This document shows, piece by piece, positions 48,007 through 57,647 of a stretch of DNA of 64,000 nucleotides. The translations under genes and the position numbers were made by a program. Source of the DNA: a virus (taxonomy: Duplodnaviria; Caudoviricetes); the IMG/VR virus record IMGVR_UViG_3300028640_000004, positions 28,200-92,199 of that record. One strand, 5' to 3'. The notes below the pieces were generated by a model, which was given only the letters and a program-made list of their open reading frames with translations, made no database searches and was not told where the DNA came from. Each line of letters begins with the position of its first letter. The stretch's first letter is position 1.

Positions 48007-48744
48007 ATGGAAACACCTAATTATTTTGCGATCATACCAGCAAATGTAAGGTATGATAAAGAGTTATCGTCATCAGCAAAATTATTATATGCGGAGATAA
48101 CTAGTCTTACAAATAAAGAAGGATATTGTTGGGCATCTAATAGTTACTTCGCTGAACTATATGGCACAGATGAAAGAACTGTTAGCAGATGGATATCATC
48201 ACTAGTAGATAAAGGGTATGTATCTTCTGAAGTAGAAGGATATAATAAAAGAAAAATATACATTTTAGATAGAGGGGGTATGACAAAAATGTCAGGGGGG
48301 GGTGACAAAAATGTCATAGAGGATAGACAAAAATGTCTACATAATAGTAAAGATAATAATAAAAATAATATACTAGAGCCTTCGCCTGCGGCTCCGGCTT
48401 GTGTGGAACCAGAATATATTCCATTAGAAGAAGAAATAAAAAGTCTTAGGAAAAAGGAAGTAAAGACGGATCCTAATATTACGATTAAGAAAGATATCAT
48501 TGGTTTCTTTATAAGGAAAAGTAAAGAGTATCATGCCGGGTATTGTCCTGTCATTCAGTTACCTGTTGCTCTTCGGTTAGTTAATGACTGCCTCAAGTTC
48601 AGTAACCCTGACGAGATTAAGGCCTGGATAGAATGGTATCTTCAAGGAGATCTGTATGAAGTACTAGGTTCCGATATTAAGACCTGCTTATGTACAGCTA
48701 GTTATAATAAGTATAAGGATTACAAAAGGAAGTATGGATCTTAA
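48007..48744 (+). CDS. Phage replication initiator (N-terminal wHTH, lambda O/DnaD-like)
   Basis: PNYFAIIPANVRYDKEL...AKLLYAEI..L....GYCWASN.YFAELY. Confidence 0.85.
   Translation: METPNYFAIIPANVRYDKELSSSAKLLYAEITSLTNKEGYCWASNSYFAELYGTDERTVSRWISSLVDKGYVSSEVEGYNKRKIYILDRGGMTKMSGGGDKNVIEDRQKCLHNSKDNNKNNILEPSPAAPACVEPEYIPLEEEIKSLRKKEVKTDPNITIKKDIIGFFIRKSKEYHAGYCPVIQLPVALRLVNDCLKFSNPDEIKAWIEWYLQGDLYEVLGSDIKTCLCTASYNKYKDYKRKYGS
48282..48337 (+). repeat. Iteron-like repeats within the initiator gene (putative ori)
   Basis: GACAAAAATGTC x3 at 22-bp spacing, followed by an AT-rich tract. Confidence 0.75.
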
Positions 48745-49024
48745 CAAGATATCAATGGATAAATTAATTGGATGCATAATAGAGTTTAGATTCAATAGAA
48801 CCTCTTTATATGATATTACTTCTATAAACATACGACCTCTTTCTACTTACTATGAAGGATGTAATTATACAGCATTAGTAGTAGCTGCTGATTTATAAAA
48901 TTGTGTGTTCGTAATATTAGAAGGAGTAGGTGGAGCGGCAGCTTATCATAGGGTATATCGTGATGATATAATATCTATAAGAGCGCCACTTACATCAACA
49001 GAACTATTAGTAGAAGAATTATAA
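48734..49024 (+). pseudogene. 96-codon gene with an in-frame TAA at 48896-48898
   Basis: Frame continues to TELLVEEL, similar to the C-termini of the neighbouring paralogues. Confidence 0.5.
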
Positions 49025-49191
49025 AATAAGCTTATGAAGAAAGACATAATATCAGTAATATTCATAATTGTATTATTCTTTATATGGGTAGTACAGTTAG
49101 TAATGTTTAGTATGAGTGGAGATATAAAGATGGGCATCAACATGCTAATGACATATCTCATGTTAATATACATAACTTTAATATACAAACT

Positions 49192-49542
49192 ATGAATGAA
49201 AGAAGAATAATCAATACAAATAATACTGGAGGACTTACTAGTTATGACCCTGAAAGAGTTTATTATAGCGATAAGCCATATATGGAGAATACTTATAAAG
49301 CAGTGAATCTTGGTACGTCTTACGATCCTGGAAGAGATACTTATAAGACTCCTCAATGGAAGATAGGTACACAAGTTACTTACTGGGATGATAGTAGTCG
49401 TTGCTATAGTTTAGGTCTTGTAATGTCCGCCTCCTTTATAAACAATATGTGGATATATATAATCAATAATACAAAGGTGTTAGAAAAAGATATAAAGGAG
49501 TTGATTGAAGTAGATAATCAAGCATTAATAAAAGACTTATGA
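49192..49542 (+). CDS. Hypothetical SH3-like protein (paralogue of the next gene)
   Basis: P.W.IGT.VTY....GL.M.AS; ends NQALIKDL. Confidence 0.55.
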   Translation: MNERRIINTNNTGGLTSYDPERVYYSDKPYMENTYKAVNLGTSYDPGRDTYKTPQWKIGTQVTYWDDSSRCYSLGLVMSASFINNMWIYIINNTKVLEKDIKELIEVDNQALIKDL

Positions 49543-49889
49543 GCGATGAAATGGATAAGTTAAAACTTCAGATTGATCATATGTTTCTGAAGAAGAGTGA
49601 GGCTACCTTATTTAACTCTAATAGTGTCTTAGACCGGATGGTTAAAGAACAATCAAAACATAAGCCAGCTCCCAATTATATGGTTGGTACAGTAGTAACA
49701 TATAACGTAAATGCTAAGTTGTATCAAGGATTAATAGTTGGAGCGTCGTATGAAAACGATGGTCCGTTTAGCGAACAAGCAACTTGGGTCTATGAAATAA
49801 AGAGGAATAAACGAATAGATGCAGTTCCGGAAAGATACATAATAGATATAATAGTAACTAATATGCAAGACTTAATAAAGAGATTATGA
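49539..49889 (+). CDS. Hypothetical SH3-like protein
   Basis: P.YMVGTVVTY....GLIVGAS; ends MQDLIKRL. Confidence 0.55.
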   Translation: MSDEMDKLKLQIDHMFLKKSEATLFNSNSVLDRMVKEQSKHKPAPNYMVGTVVTYNVNAKLYQGLIVGASYENDGPFSEQATWVYEIKRNKRIDAVPERYIIDIIVTNMQDLIKRL

Positions 49890-51799
49890 GTGACAATTAT
49901 TTAGAAGAGTCCGGTCTAATACTGTCAGCTAAAGAGGCTCTGGAAAGAGAAAGGGAATTAGCCTCTTATGATGGTGAGTATAGAGTAGTATCATCTACTG
50001 AACTACAATCTGATCTTAATAAGAAAGGTAAGATTGTAGTTAATGGATACGATTGCGGATTTCCTTATTTAGGAAGTAAGATAGGACAGTTCGAACCAGG
50101 AAACTTAATAACAGTAACAGGATACTCCGGTAATGGTAAGTGTCATGGAAAAGGGACAGAGATACTTATGTATGATGGCTCTATAAAGAAAGTAGAAGAT
50201 ATTGTTATTGGGGATATGGTTATGGGTGATGACTCTACCCCAAGAAAGGTATTATCTTTATGCAGAGGAGTAGATCAGCTTTATAAAGTAAATGGAGTAA
50301 AAGGTAATTCGTATATAGTTAACAGTGAGCATATTCTTAGTTTATATAACTCTTCTGGTACATCTTATGGCGGTCATAAATATATAGATATATCCGTAAA
50401 AGACTTTCTTAATAAACCAAAAGGATATCAAGATATGCATAAGGGATATAGAGCTACTGTAGAATTTAAGGAAAGAGAGGTTCCATTAGATCCATATCTA
50501 TTAGGGTTATGGTTAGGAGATGGTACTTGTTCTAAGCCAGAGATAACAACAAGAAAGAAAGATCTAATAGAATATATATATAATACCGCTCTAAACTTAA
50601 ATATAAGTACCTATAAAGAAGATACATATTCCTTAGTAAGAAAGAGAATTAATAAACCAAAAGATAAGAGGTGTAAGACCTGTTTCGATTCATCAAAGTC
50701 TTTTAAGGAGTATCTTAATGAATTAAACGTCTTAAATAATAAGCATATTCCAGATATATATAAGATAAACTCTAGAGAAAATAGGTTAAAGATATTAGCT
50801 GGACTTATAGATACAGGTGGTTATATTAATAATAATTGTTACGAAATAGTTTCTGCTTATAAATCACTAGCTAAAGATATAGTTTTTATAGCAAGATCTT
50901 TAGGATTTGCAGTAAACATCTCTATAAAGAAAGTAAAAGGATATACTAAAGATTATTATAGGATTAGTATATCTGGTGATTTATCTATACTACCTGTTTT
51001 AATTAAGAAGATACCTAAAAGAAGGCAAATAAAAAACGTCTTACATTATGGTATAACTATAGAAAACTTAGGTAAAGGAAACTATTATGGCTTTGAATTA
51101 GATGGAAACCATAGATACTTATTAGATGATTTTACAGTAACACACAACTCGAGTTTACTACATGCCCTTACGAGAAATATGGCTAAAGTCCCGATTCTAT
51201 GGTTCTCATACGAGAATACACCAGCTCAATTCTTTAGAAAATTCGAAGATGTAGAGCTCCCACTATTTTATCTACCTCTAGCGAATAAGCCATATGACTT
51301 AGAGTGGTTCAAAGAAAGGGTAACAGAAGCTACCTTAAAGTATGGAGTAAAGATTATTATGATAGATCACCTCCACTATCTATTAGATTTATTCACTAGT
51401 AAGAATACATCTTTAGATATAGGTAATATGTTAAGGGCTCTTAAAGTATTAGCTGTAGAAAAAGAACTAGTTATTTTCTTAGTCGCCCATACCAAGCAGC
51501 CTAAAGCTTCAGAAGAACCAGACATGGGATCTCTGCGTGATAGTTCTTTCATAGTACAAGAGTCAGATAAAGTATTAGCAGTACATAGAGTAAGGAGTTC
51601 GGTAAATAGCCGCTCTAAAGTAATCATCTTAAAGGATAGAGATCATGGCGATGTATGGAATCAATACAGTGAATTCGTTATAGAGAACAGACTATTAAAA
51701 GAATTAGCTCCATGGAAACAAGGGGAGAATATTAAAGAAGCAATTAATAGTAGGGCGGAAGGCGAAGCTAATCTAGCCGCTCTAAAAGAAATACATTAA
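49886..51799 (+). CDS. DnaB-like replicative helicase containing an intein
   Basis: GYSGNGK|S Walker A, IMIDHLH, LVAH, LRDSS.I.QESD. Confidence 0.9.
   Translation: MSDNYLEESGLILSAKEALERERELASYDGEYRVVSSTELQSDLNKKGKIVVNGYDCGFPYLGSKIGQFEPGNLITVTGYSGNGKCHGKGTEILMYDGSIKKVEDIVIGDMVMGDDSTPRKVLSLCRGVDQLYKVNGVKGNSYIVNSEHILSLYNSSGTSYGGHKYIDISVKDFLNKPKGYQDMHKGYRATVEFKEREVPLDPYLLGLWLGDGTCSKPEITTRKKDLIEYIYNTALNLNISTYKEDTYSLVRKRINKPKDKRCKTCFDSSKSFKEYLNELNVLNNKHIPDIYKINSRENRLKILAGLIDTGGYINNNCYEIVSAYKSLAKDIVFIARSLGFAVNISIKKVKGYTKDYYRISISGDLSILPVLIKKIPKRRQIKNVLHYGITIENLGKGNYYGFELDGNHRYLLDDFTVTHNSSLLHALTRNMAKVPILWFSYENTPAQFFRKFEDVELPLFYLPLANKPYDLEWFKERVTEATLKYGVKIIMIDHLHYLLDLFTSKNTSLDIGNMLRALKVLAVEKELVIFLVAHTKQPKASEEPDMGSLRDSSFIVQESDKVLAVHRVRSSVNSRSKVIILKDRDHGDVWNQYSEFVIENRLLKELAPWKQGENIKEAINSRAEGEANLAALKEIH
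50141..51148 (+). mobile_element. Intein (336 aa) with LAGLIDADG domain in the helicase P-loop
   Basis: Starts CHGKGT, ends VTHN|S; LLGLWLGDG and LAGLIDTGG blocks. Confidence 0.92.
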
Positions 51800-51984
51800 T
51801 GGATAATAAGATTTATAGAGGAGAAGAATATTTCAAGAAGACATGCCGCGCTCTAGAAAGATTAAGATTCTGTTTAAAGAAAGGTATGAATTTAGATGAA
51901 TCATTAGAGAATATAAAGAAGAGTTATGGCGAATTCATCGCCGCTCAAGTATTATATGAATTATCAATAAGAATAAATAAATGA
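51799..51984 (+). CDS. Hypothetical protein
   Basis: Coupled ORF. Confidence 0.5.
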   Translation: MDNKIYRGEEYFKKTCRALERLRFCLKKGMNLDESLENIKKSYGEFIAAQVLYELSIRINK

Positions 51985-52208
51985 TAAACGACGAATCTTT
52001 AACTAATAGAACATATAAGGAGAATAATCCAAACGCCAATAAAGTATATAGCGTATGGTTTACTAAGAATGGGCGTAATAAGTACCAGAACTATGTAGGT
52101 ATGTCTGAGGAAGAAATACGAAAAGGATGGGAGAATATAACGAAACAAGATAAAAGATATAAACTAATGGGCGTGGTGGAGTATAACGATCCAGCCTCTG
52201 ATGAATAA
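51981..52208 (+). CDS. Hypothetical protein
   Basis: Coupled ORF. Confidence 0.5.
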   Translation: MINDESLTNRTYKENNPNANKVYSVWFTKNGRNKYQNYVGMSEEEIRKGWENITKQDKRYKLMGVVEYNDPASDE

Positions 52209-52455
52209 TATGATAAAAGAATATAGAGCAGTCTTATGTAAGACAATCACGCAATTAAACATTACGATAAATAATATGATAAAGGATGGATGGGAACCAT
52301 CAGGAGACCTGATCGCAGGGGAGTTTCCAGTCAAACACGTCCTAGAAGAAAGAGAGCCTTTAAAGAATAAACACACAGGCGAATACTACTCCCCATACGA
52401 AATACGTATGGTGAAAGGATACCTACAAGTAATGATCTTATTCGAAGAAGAATAA
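52201..52455 (+). CDS. Hypothetical protein (DUF1737-like pattern)
   Basis: L...IN.MIKDGWEP.G...Y.QVM. Confidence 0.5.
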   Translation: MNNMIKEYRAVLCKTITQLNITINNMIKDGWEPSGDLIAGEFPVKHVLEEREPLKNKHTGEYYSPYEIRMVKGYLQVMILFEEE

Positions 52456-52848
52456 AACGCGGAACGTTAAATGACTAACACGCAAGATCTTCTCTGTAAG
52501 AGAAAGAGCGGAACGTAAATGATTAAAGCGCAGAATGAATCCTAATATGTTACTTACTAACACGATCTGTGAGGTATACCAGGTATAGTGATTATACTAG
52601 GATAATAGATCTTTATAAAGAAAAGAAGAGGTTGATAGAGGCGCATGAGCTAGGCGCGAAGCGCAGCTGATTGGGACGTGCATTTAGTTGTACGTCCTTT
52701 CGTTGTAGGGCGACGGTGGGGTATATCCGGTTGTGATGAAGTTACTAGTTCATCGCTTTGTTGTGATGATTTGGCGAATTAGGCGGAATACTTCATGTTG
52801 GTTGGGTGTGTTGTTAGTTTTAGTTGGTGGTATTATACTTACTTAGGC

Positions 52849-53070
52849 GCGGGGATACCATACTATACTTATATATATACCCTATATGTACTCATATATG
52901 TGCGGATACCATACACTTCTTCGTGCCGGATATATGTACTCATATATGTACTCATATATGTGCGGATACCATACACTTCTTCGTGCAAATACCATACTAT
53001 AACAATATATATACCCCAACACTTCTTCGTGCAAATACCATACTATACTTATATATATACCCCCTTGGGG
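52849..53070. repeat. Complex nested direct repeats in the non-coding region
   Basis: ATACCATACTATACTTATATATATACCC x2, ATATGTACTCAT x3, CACTTCTTCGTGC x3. Confidence 0.8.
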
Positions 53071-53177
53071 GGAATGAGATAAGGATAGTTACTACTACTT
53101 GTCGTAGTAGCTACGTTCCTTATCCAGCCTATCTTACTTAGTCGATAAGATAGATATAATTAATTAATATAAAGACT

Positions 53178-53333
53178 ATGACACCATATATGATGGTGCT
53201 GATATTAGTAATCATACTAATAGCCGGCAATATATTTAGTCTATGTATTGCTAAGAACAGATCAGATAAGATCTTCTTAGTATGTATACTAGTACTTAAT
53301 ATATATATCTTAGTAACTATACTTAGTTATTAG
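53178..53333 (+). CDS. Small two-TM peptide (51 aa, not in ORF track)
   Basis: MTPYMMVLILVIILIAG...; AT-rich leader; TAG stop. Confidence 0.4.
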   Translation: MTPYMMVLILVIILIAGNIFSLCIAKNRSDKIFLVCILVLNIYILVTILSY

Positions 53334-54057
53334 GAGAGCGCCCAAGGACTATGCTTTAGTCGGAGCATAAGTCCTTGACAGAAGATTTATCTTCTATTAT
53401 TATTTAAGTAATAAATATGAAGAGACGAAGATATCTTCGTTATAGTAATCACAATGCTTACCGAAACGCCCGCAATTGGTCACCGGAATAGGGGCTAGTG
53501 ATATGTAATATAGTTATCAATTTCGCTTCTAGTATTTATATATATATAGACGTCTAGGAATGGATCCCCACTTTGGATAACATTTGTATCTATGTATATA
53601 TAACTTAATAGTTAGTAGAAGAGGCTGATACATATCAGTAATTTTTTGTCTTAATAAAAAGATATATTAATAGAGCGGCTTAGATCGTTCTTTATATCTT
53701 AATAATAAAAATAATAGCGGCTAAGTTTAGAGTAAAGAGCCGGGAACGTTGAGTTATCAACATAAACAGGCCTTTTAAGTACTCGGAAGTATGCAGTACT
53801 AATAGGGTGTTAGCCCGCTCTAGTCTTTCCTAAGCCGCCTCTAATAATATGATTATATATATATGTATATATATAGGTATATGTATAATGTTCACCTATA
53901 TATATAGTAAGATGCAGTCAGGCGGAAGCTTGATCAGTAGTTTGTGGGATGAAAATCCCAAGAAATAAGGCTTTGTAAGTAGTAAGGTTAGTGCCATTTA
54001 TGTTGATTTATCAACGTTTTAGCCTTGGCGTTATGTGTGCGTACGTTAGTGGACTAA

Positions 54058-54123
54058 CTGGACAGAAACTGGACAGAAACTGGACAGAAACTGGACAGAA
54101 ACTGGACAGAAACTGGACAGAAA
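54058..54123. repeat. 6 x 11-bp tandem repeat CTGGACAGAAA
   Basis: Six exact copies. Confidence 0.95.
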
Positions 54124-54398
54124 ATATAACTGAATAGCTATATAACCTATATATTCTATATATGTATGTACTGTATAGTATATTATATATATAAGAACCT
54201 TCTATTTAGAGGGTTTTTTGTTGATTAGAGGGCTTTTTAGGGCTTAATAATAGTAAGAATATAGAGGGGTTTTTATAGGCGCTTCTATATCTTGTTATAT
54301 AGTGGTTATACCGTAGGTTAACAGACACCTAAACAAAAGAGCTGGGCTTAGGACTTAGTCGAGTCCATATAAGCTATTATTAATTAATATATAATTAT

Positions 54399-54590
54399 AT
54401 GGAGACATATAAAAGTATAAAGAAGAGGGCCGCGAGGCTCTCTAAAGTTCTTTGTCCTGATTATAGAGGACAGAGAGAAGCTAGGCAGAGGCGAAGATAT
54501 CTTCGTTACTGCTTAGTAGTAATGATACTTAGTCTTGTACTAAGTATTGTTACTATAGGTATCCCATTTGTATGGGTGCCTAGTAAATAG
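54399..54590 (+). CDS. Early small protein with C-terminal TM segment
   Basis: 63 aa; TAG stop. Confidence 0.5.
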   Translation: METYKSIKKRAARLSKVLCPDYRGQREARQRRRYLRYCLVVMILSLVLSIVTIGIPFVWVPSK

Positions 54591-54648
54591 ATAGAGGCGG
54601 CCTTAGTTGGTCGAAGGCCGTCTTAATAATAAATATAAAATATAAAAA

Positions 54649-55041
54649 GTGAAAATTATTTCTTTTTATTCTGCATTACTTAGAGCGCAAGCTTGTAGTG
54701 ATGCGGGCAAAGACCTTAACTCTGTTAGAAATAATGGAGTTAAGTGCCTTGAGTTAGGTTACTCTCTCAAGGATAAATATATAAAAGAGGCGATTGCTAA
54801 TATTCCTAGCAATTGTTTCTTTTACATAGAAAGAACTATCGACTTTGGAGGGAGTCTCATTATTTATTTTGAGACCCCCCAAGGTCAGATAAGCTTTCAT
54901 AGCTTTGGAGAGTATTCTCCAAAGCTAGAGAAGCATTTCCAGTTCACTCATATTGAGTGGAATGGAGATGTGAATGGAAGCAGGAAGACCTGCAAGAGAA
55001 TAGAAAGAAGATTCAACTTGCAGGTCTTCAAAAGGTCCTAG
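54649..55041 (+). CDS. Hypothetical early protein (IYFETPQGQISFH motif)
   Basis: 130 aa; GTG start; TAG stop. Confidence 0.6.
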   Translation: MKIISFYSALLRAQACSDAGKDLNSVRNNGVKCLELGYSLKDKYIKEAIANIPSNCFFYIERTIDFGGSLIIYFETPQGQISFHSFGEYSPKLEKHFQFTHIEWNGDVNGSRKTCKRIERRFNLQVFKRS

Positions 55042-55394
55042 TGAAATTGTTACTAGGACTTATTGCTCTTTGACCCGTTGAGGTCTACCCTTTTTAAGGG
55101 CATTAGGATATTTAATATCCTTTTAAATAAAACTTAATATAAGTCAACGCTTCTATTGAGATGTGCCTCCCCTTTGGGGTTACCTAATAGGCTAGTGAAA
55201 GATATATTCTTTATAAGATATAGGCTTTCAAAAGATTAACAGGCTTAAGCTGTTGATTATAAATATAATAGAGTTGTACATACTCTATGTCGATTTAAAA
55301 TGTATATTAGAGGCGGCCTTACTCGCAAGTGAGGCTAGCTTCTTTATAAATAAATTAATAAGAGGCGAAAATATCTTCGTTTCTTTAAAGAAAA

Positions 55395-55871
55395 ATGCAA
55401 AACAAATTTTTTATTATCAATATTAACAACCAATGGGTTGTTAATGAAAAATTAATCTTTGAGGATAATTGCTTCAAAGATTATTGTATCTCTCTGGGGA
55501 ATGATTCCCCAGAGGGTGCTTTAAGGTTTAGCTATAAAGAGCTAAACCAATTTTTGGTAAACGTTAAAACGTTTACCAATCATTCAATAAATAGTTTTAA
55601 AATCTTCGAAGTTTATGGCTTCGAAGTAGATATTAGAGATGTTCCTATAAGGGACATCACTGACATAGACAACTTTATTAGAAGGAACTATCGCGAGGTT
55701 CCTAAAGGATCTGGATTAAATATCCAGATTACTGTCGTGAGTAATCGACCAGATTACGTAGGCAATATCAGTCTATACACTTCGGTGTATAGGCCTAAAG
55801 ACCTTTATAGGGTCTTTAAGAAAGAACTAAAGACATCAAATGTCTTTAGGATATTTTTCAAGATAGTTTAG
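55395..55871 (+). CDS. Hypothetical early protein
   Basis: 158 aa; TAG stop. Confidence 0.55.
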   Translation: MQNKFFIININNQWVVNEKLIFEDNCFKDYCISLGNDSPEGALRFSYKELNQFLVNVKTFTNHSINSFKIFEVYGFEVDIRDVPIRDITDIDNFIRRNYREVPKGSGLNIQITVVSNRPDYVGNISLYTSVYRPKDLYRVFKKELKTSNVFRIFFKIV

Positions 55872-55956
55872 TTTGTAGGTTAAACTACACCTATAAAAAA
55901 GAAAGTGAATAGCAACTGGTCGATGCTATTTTTTATTATAAATAATTGATAAAGAG

Positions 55957-56172
55957 ATGTTCTTTGTTGATCTAAAGCTTGTATCAGCTTGGATTAATGA
56001 GTATCAGTCAGGTCATATTGACTATATTCAACTTCAAGAAGAGCTGATAGAGCTTCTTAATACCGAGAAAGTTCTTATCGTTAGGAATGAGAGCGGTGTT
56101 AAGATAGATACAGCTATGTTTTACATAGTTGTTAGACCGACTAATACCTTTATAAAGACTAAAGTTTACTAG
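55957..56172 (+). CDS. Hypothetical early protein
   Basis: 71 aa; TAG stop. Confidence 0.55.
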   Translation: MFFVDLKLVSAWINEYQSGHIDYIQLQEELIELLNTEKVLIVRNESGVKIDTAMFYIVVRPTNTFIKTKVY

Positions 56173-56269
56173 TCTTATGAGGCATTCGGTGGAGTGTAGC
56201 TAGCTCTATTACTCAATAGCTATTATTAAATTAATTAGAGACGAAGATATCTTCGTCTCTTCACATATT

Positions 56270-56461
56270 ATGACAATAAAAATAAATAAGTTAGAAGACA
56301 ATAGAAGTGATGAGCAGATTAAACAAGATAATAGAGAAATCTTTGCTCTTGATTATATTACAGAGCGTCTTGAGCAAGAGGCGCTTAATCCAAATAAGGA
56401 GGAGTATCTGGAGAGATTAGAAAAAATAGCATCCTTATTAAGGGATTTTGAAAAGGAATAG
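56270..56461 (+). CDS. Hypothetical early protein (paralogue of 57212)
   Basis: EQIKQDNREIFALDYITERLEQEALN shared. Confidence 0.65.
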   Translation: MTIKINKLEDNRSDEQIKQDNREIFALDYITERLEQEALNPNKEEYLERLEKIASLLRDFEKE

Positions 56462-56466
56462 TATCC

Positions 56467-56500
56467 TGTCTTTAGAGCGGCAGACGTTAAAGAACCGCTC
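56467..56500 (+). promoter_or_regulatory. H-type pseudoknot 5 nt after a TAG stop (also 56773-56806, 57150-57184, 57550-57583)
   Basis: S1 TGTCT/AGACG, S2 GAGCGG/CCGCTC, L3 TTAAAGAA; covariation among copies. Confidence 0.7.
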
Positions 56501-56551
56501 AATTATAAATAGGGACCTGAAGGTCTAGCCAGAGGAATACTGGTATAAATT

Positions 56552-56767
56552 ATGTTAGTAGATAAAAATATTAATAGTGCTTTTAATCAAGCTAGATTAG
56601 CTTGGTCAAGAGTACAAGAAAAGAAAGAGGCTAAAGAATTAGAGCCTCTTTATCAATTGCGTGATAGGTATTACGCAATGAAAAATAATGTTAAGGTCGA
56701 CAATAAGAAAGAAATGCTAGAAGCTATGGCTGATAAGCTAGAGGCTAATGGCATTATAGTAGAATAG
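56552..56767 (+). CDS. Hypothetical early protein
   Basis: 71 aa; TAG stop. Confidence 0.55.
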   Translation: MLVDKNINSAFNQARLAWSRVQEKKEAKELEPLYQLRDRYYAMKNNVKVDNKKEMLEAMADKLEANGIIVE

Positions 56768-56832
56768 CTTATTGTCTTTTGAGCAGTAGACGTTAAAGAA
56801 CTGCTCAATAATTAAAGTAATATAAAAAGAAT

Positions 56833-57144
56833 ATGTCAAAAGAAAGATTTAGCTTGAGTTTTAGAGAAGATCATTATCTAATGTTAGATAATGATAGAGA
56901 AGTAACTCCATGCCTATGGTATGAGGCATTGGAGTTTATTATAAGCTTATCTCATAGAGGATTTAAATCTTCTAGTGAGAAATTAAACTCTCTCCTTGAG
57001 GACTATCAGAGGAGAGAGGTTGCTATTGAGCGTGACGAACTCAATGGTAATTACCTTGCTCGTGAAGAGCATGGTATTGATTTTCTCGAAAGAGAAATCA
57101 TTGAGCTAGTTGATAGTGAAGTTAATATAGACTTCACTAAATAG
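56833..57144 (+). CDS. Hypothetical early protein
   Basis: 103 aa; TAG stop. Confidence 0.55.
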   Translation: MSKERFSLSFREDHYLMLDNDREVTPCLWYEALEFIISLSHRGFKSSSEKLNSLLEDYQRREVAIERDELNGNYLAREEHGIDFLEREIIELVDSEVNIDFTK

Positions 57145-57211
57145 TAGATAGGCATTTGAAGCATTGGCCTTTAACTAATGCTTCATATAATAAGTTAATA
57201 TAAATAAATAT

Positions 57212-57544
57212 ATGACAAACGAAATTATAAAATCTTTAGAAGATAATAGAACTAATGAGCAGATTAAGCAAGATAATAGAGAAATCTTTGCTCTTGATTA
57301 TATTACAGAGCGTCTTGAACAAGAAGCGCTTAACGTTAATCGAGAACGATATATTAATAACTTAGAACGTATCGCTAAGTTATTGTCTGATATGGAAAAG
57401 GAATCTAATCCTTCCATATCTTGCTTTGTTGAAGAAGATGGAAAGCTTTTTGTTCCTAATAAGGATGGAAAGCTAGAAGAGTTTGTAGAGATGCTTGAAG
57501 AGTTTGAAGGAAATGAAGACGATATAAAGGATCTTCCTTTCTAG
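57212..57544 (+). CDS. Early protein with acidic SSB-like C-terminus (DDIKDLPF)
   Basis: Paralogue of 56270 with a C-terminal extension. Confidence 0.65.
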   Translation: MTNEIIKSLEDNRTNEQIKQDNREIFALDYITERLEQEALNVNRERYINNLERIAKLLSDMEKESNPSISCFVEEDGKLFVPNKDGKLEEFVEMLEEFEGNEDDIKDLPF

Positions 57545-57647
57545 TGATCTGTCTTTTGAGCAGCAGACATTAAAGAACTGCTCAATAATTAAATAAAGGC
57601 TTTATGCCTAGCCAGTAGAGAACTGGTATTATAAAAGTAATCCTAAA

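Noticed and set aside
52795-53141. Two overlapping ORFs in the track (95 and 105 aa)
   Set aside because: Translations merely mirror the DNA repeats; no credible start context
54058-54123. Possible CRISPR array
   Set aside because: Contiguous 11-bp tandem repeats with no spacers; the Cas4-like gene is a stand-alone phage nuclease
45543-57544. Genome-wide TAG or TGA stop-codon reassignment
   Set aside because: Long genes are intact in code 11; the TAG at 45543 is resolved by a frameshift, not read-through; early TAGs are often followed by further stops; no suppressor tRNA seen
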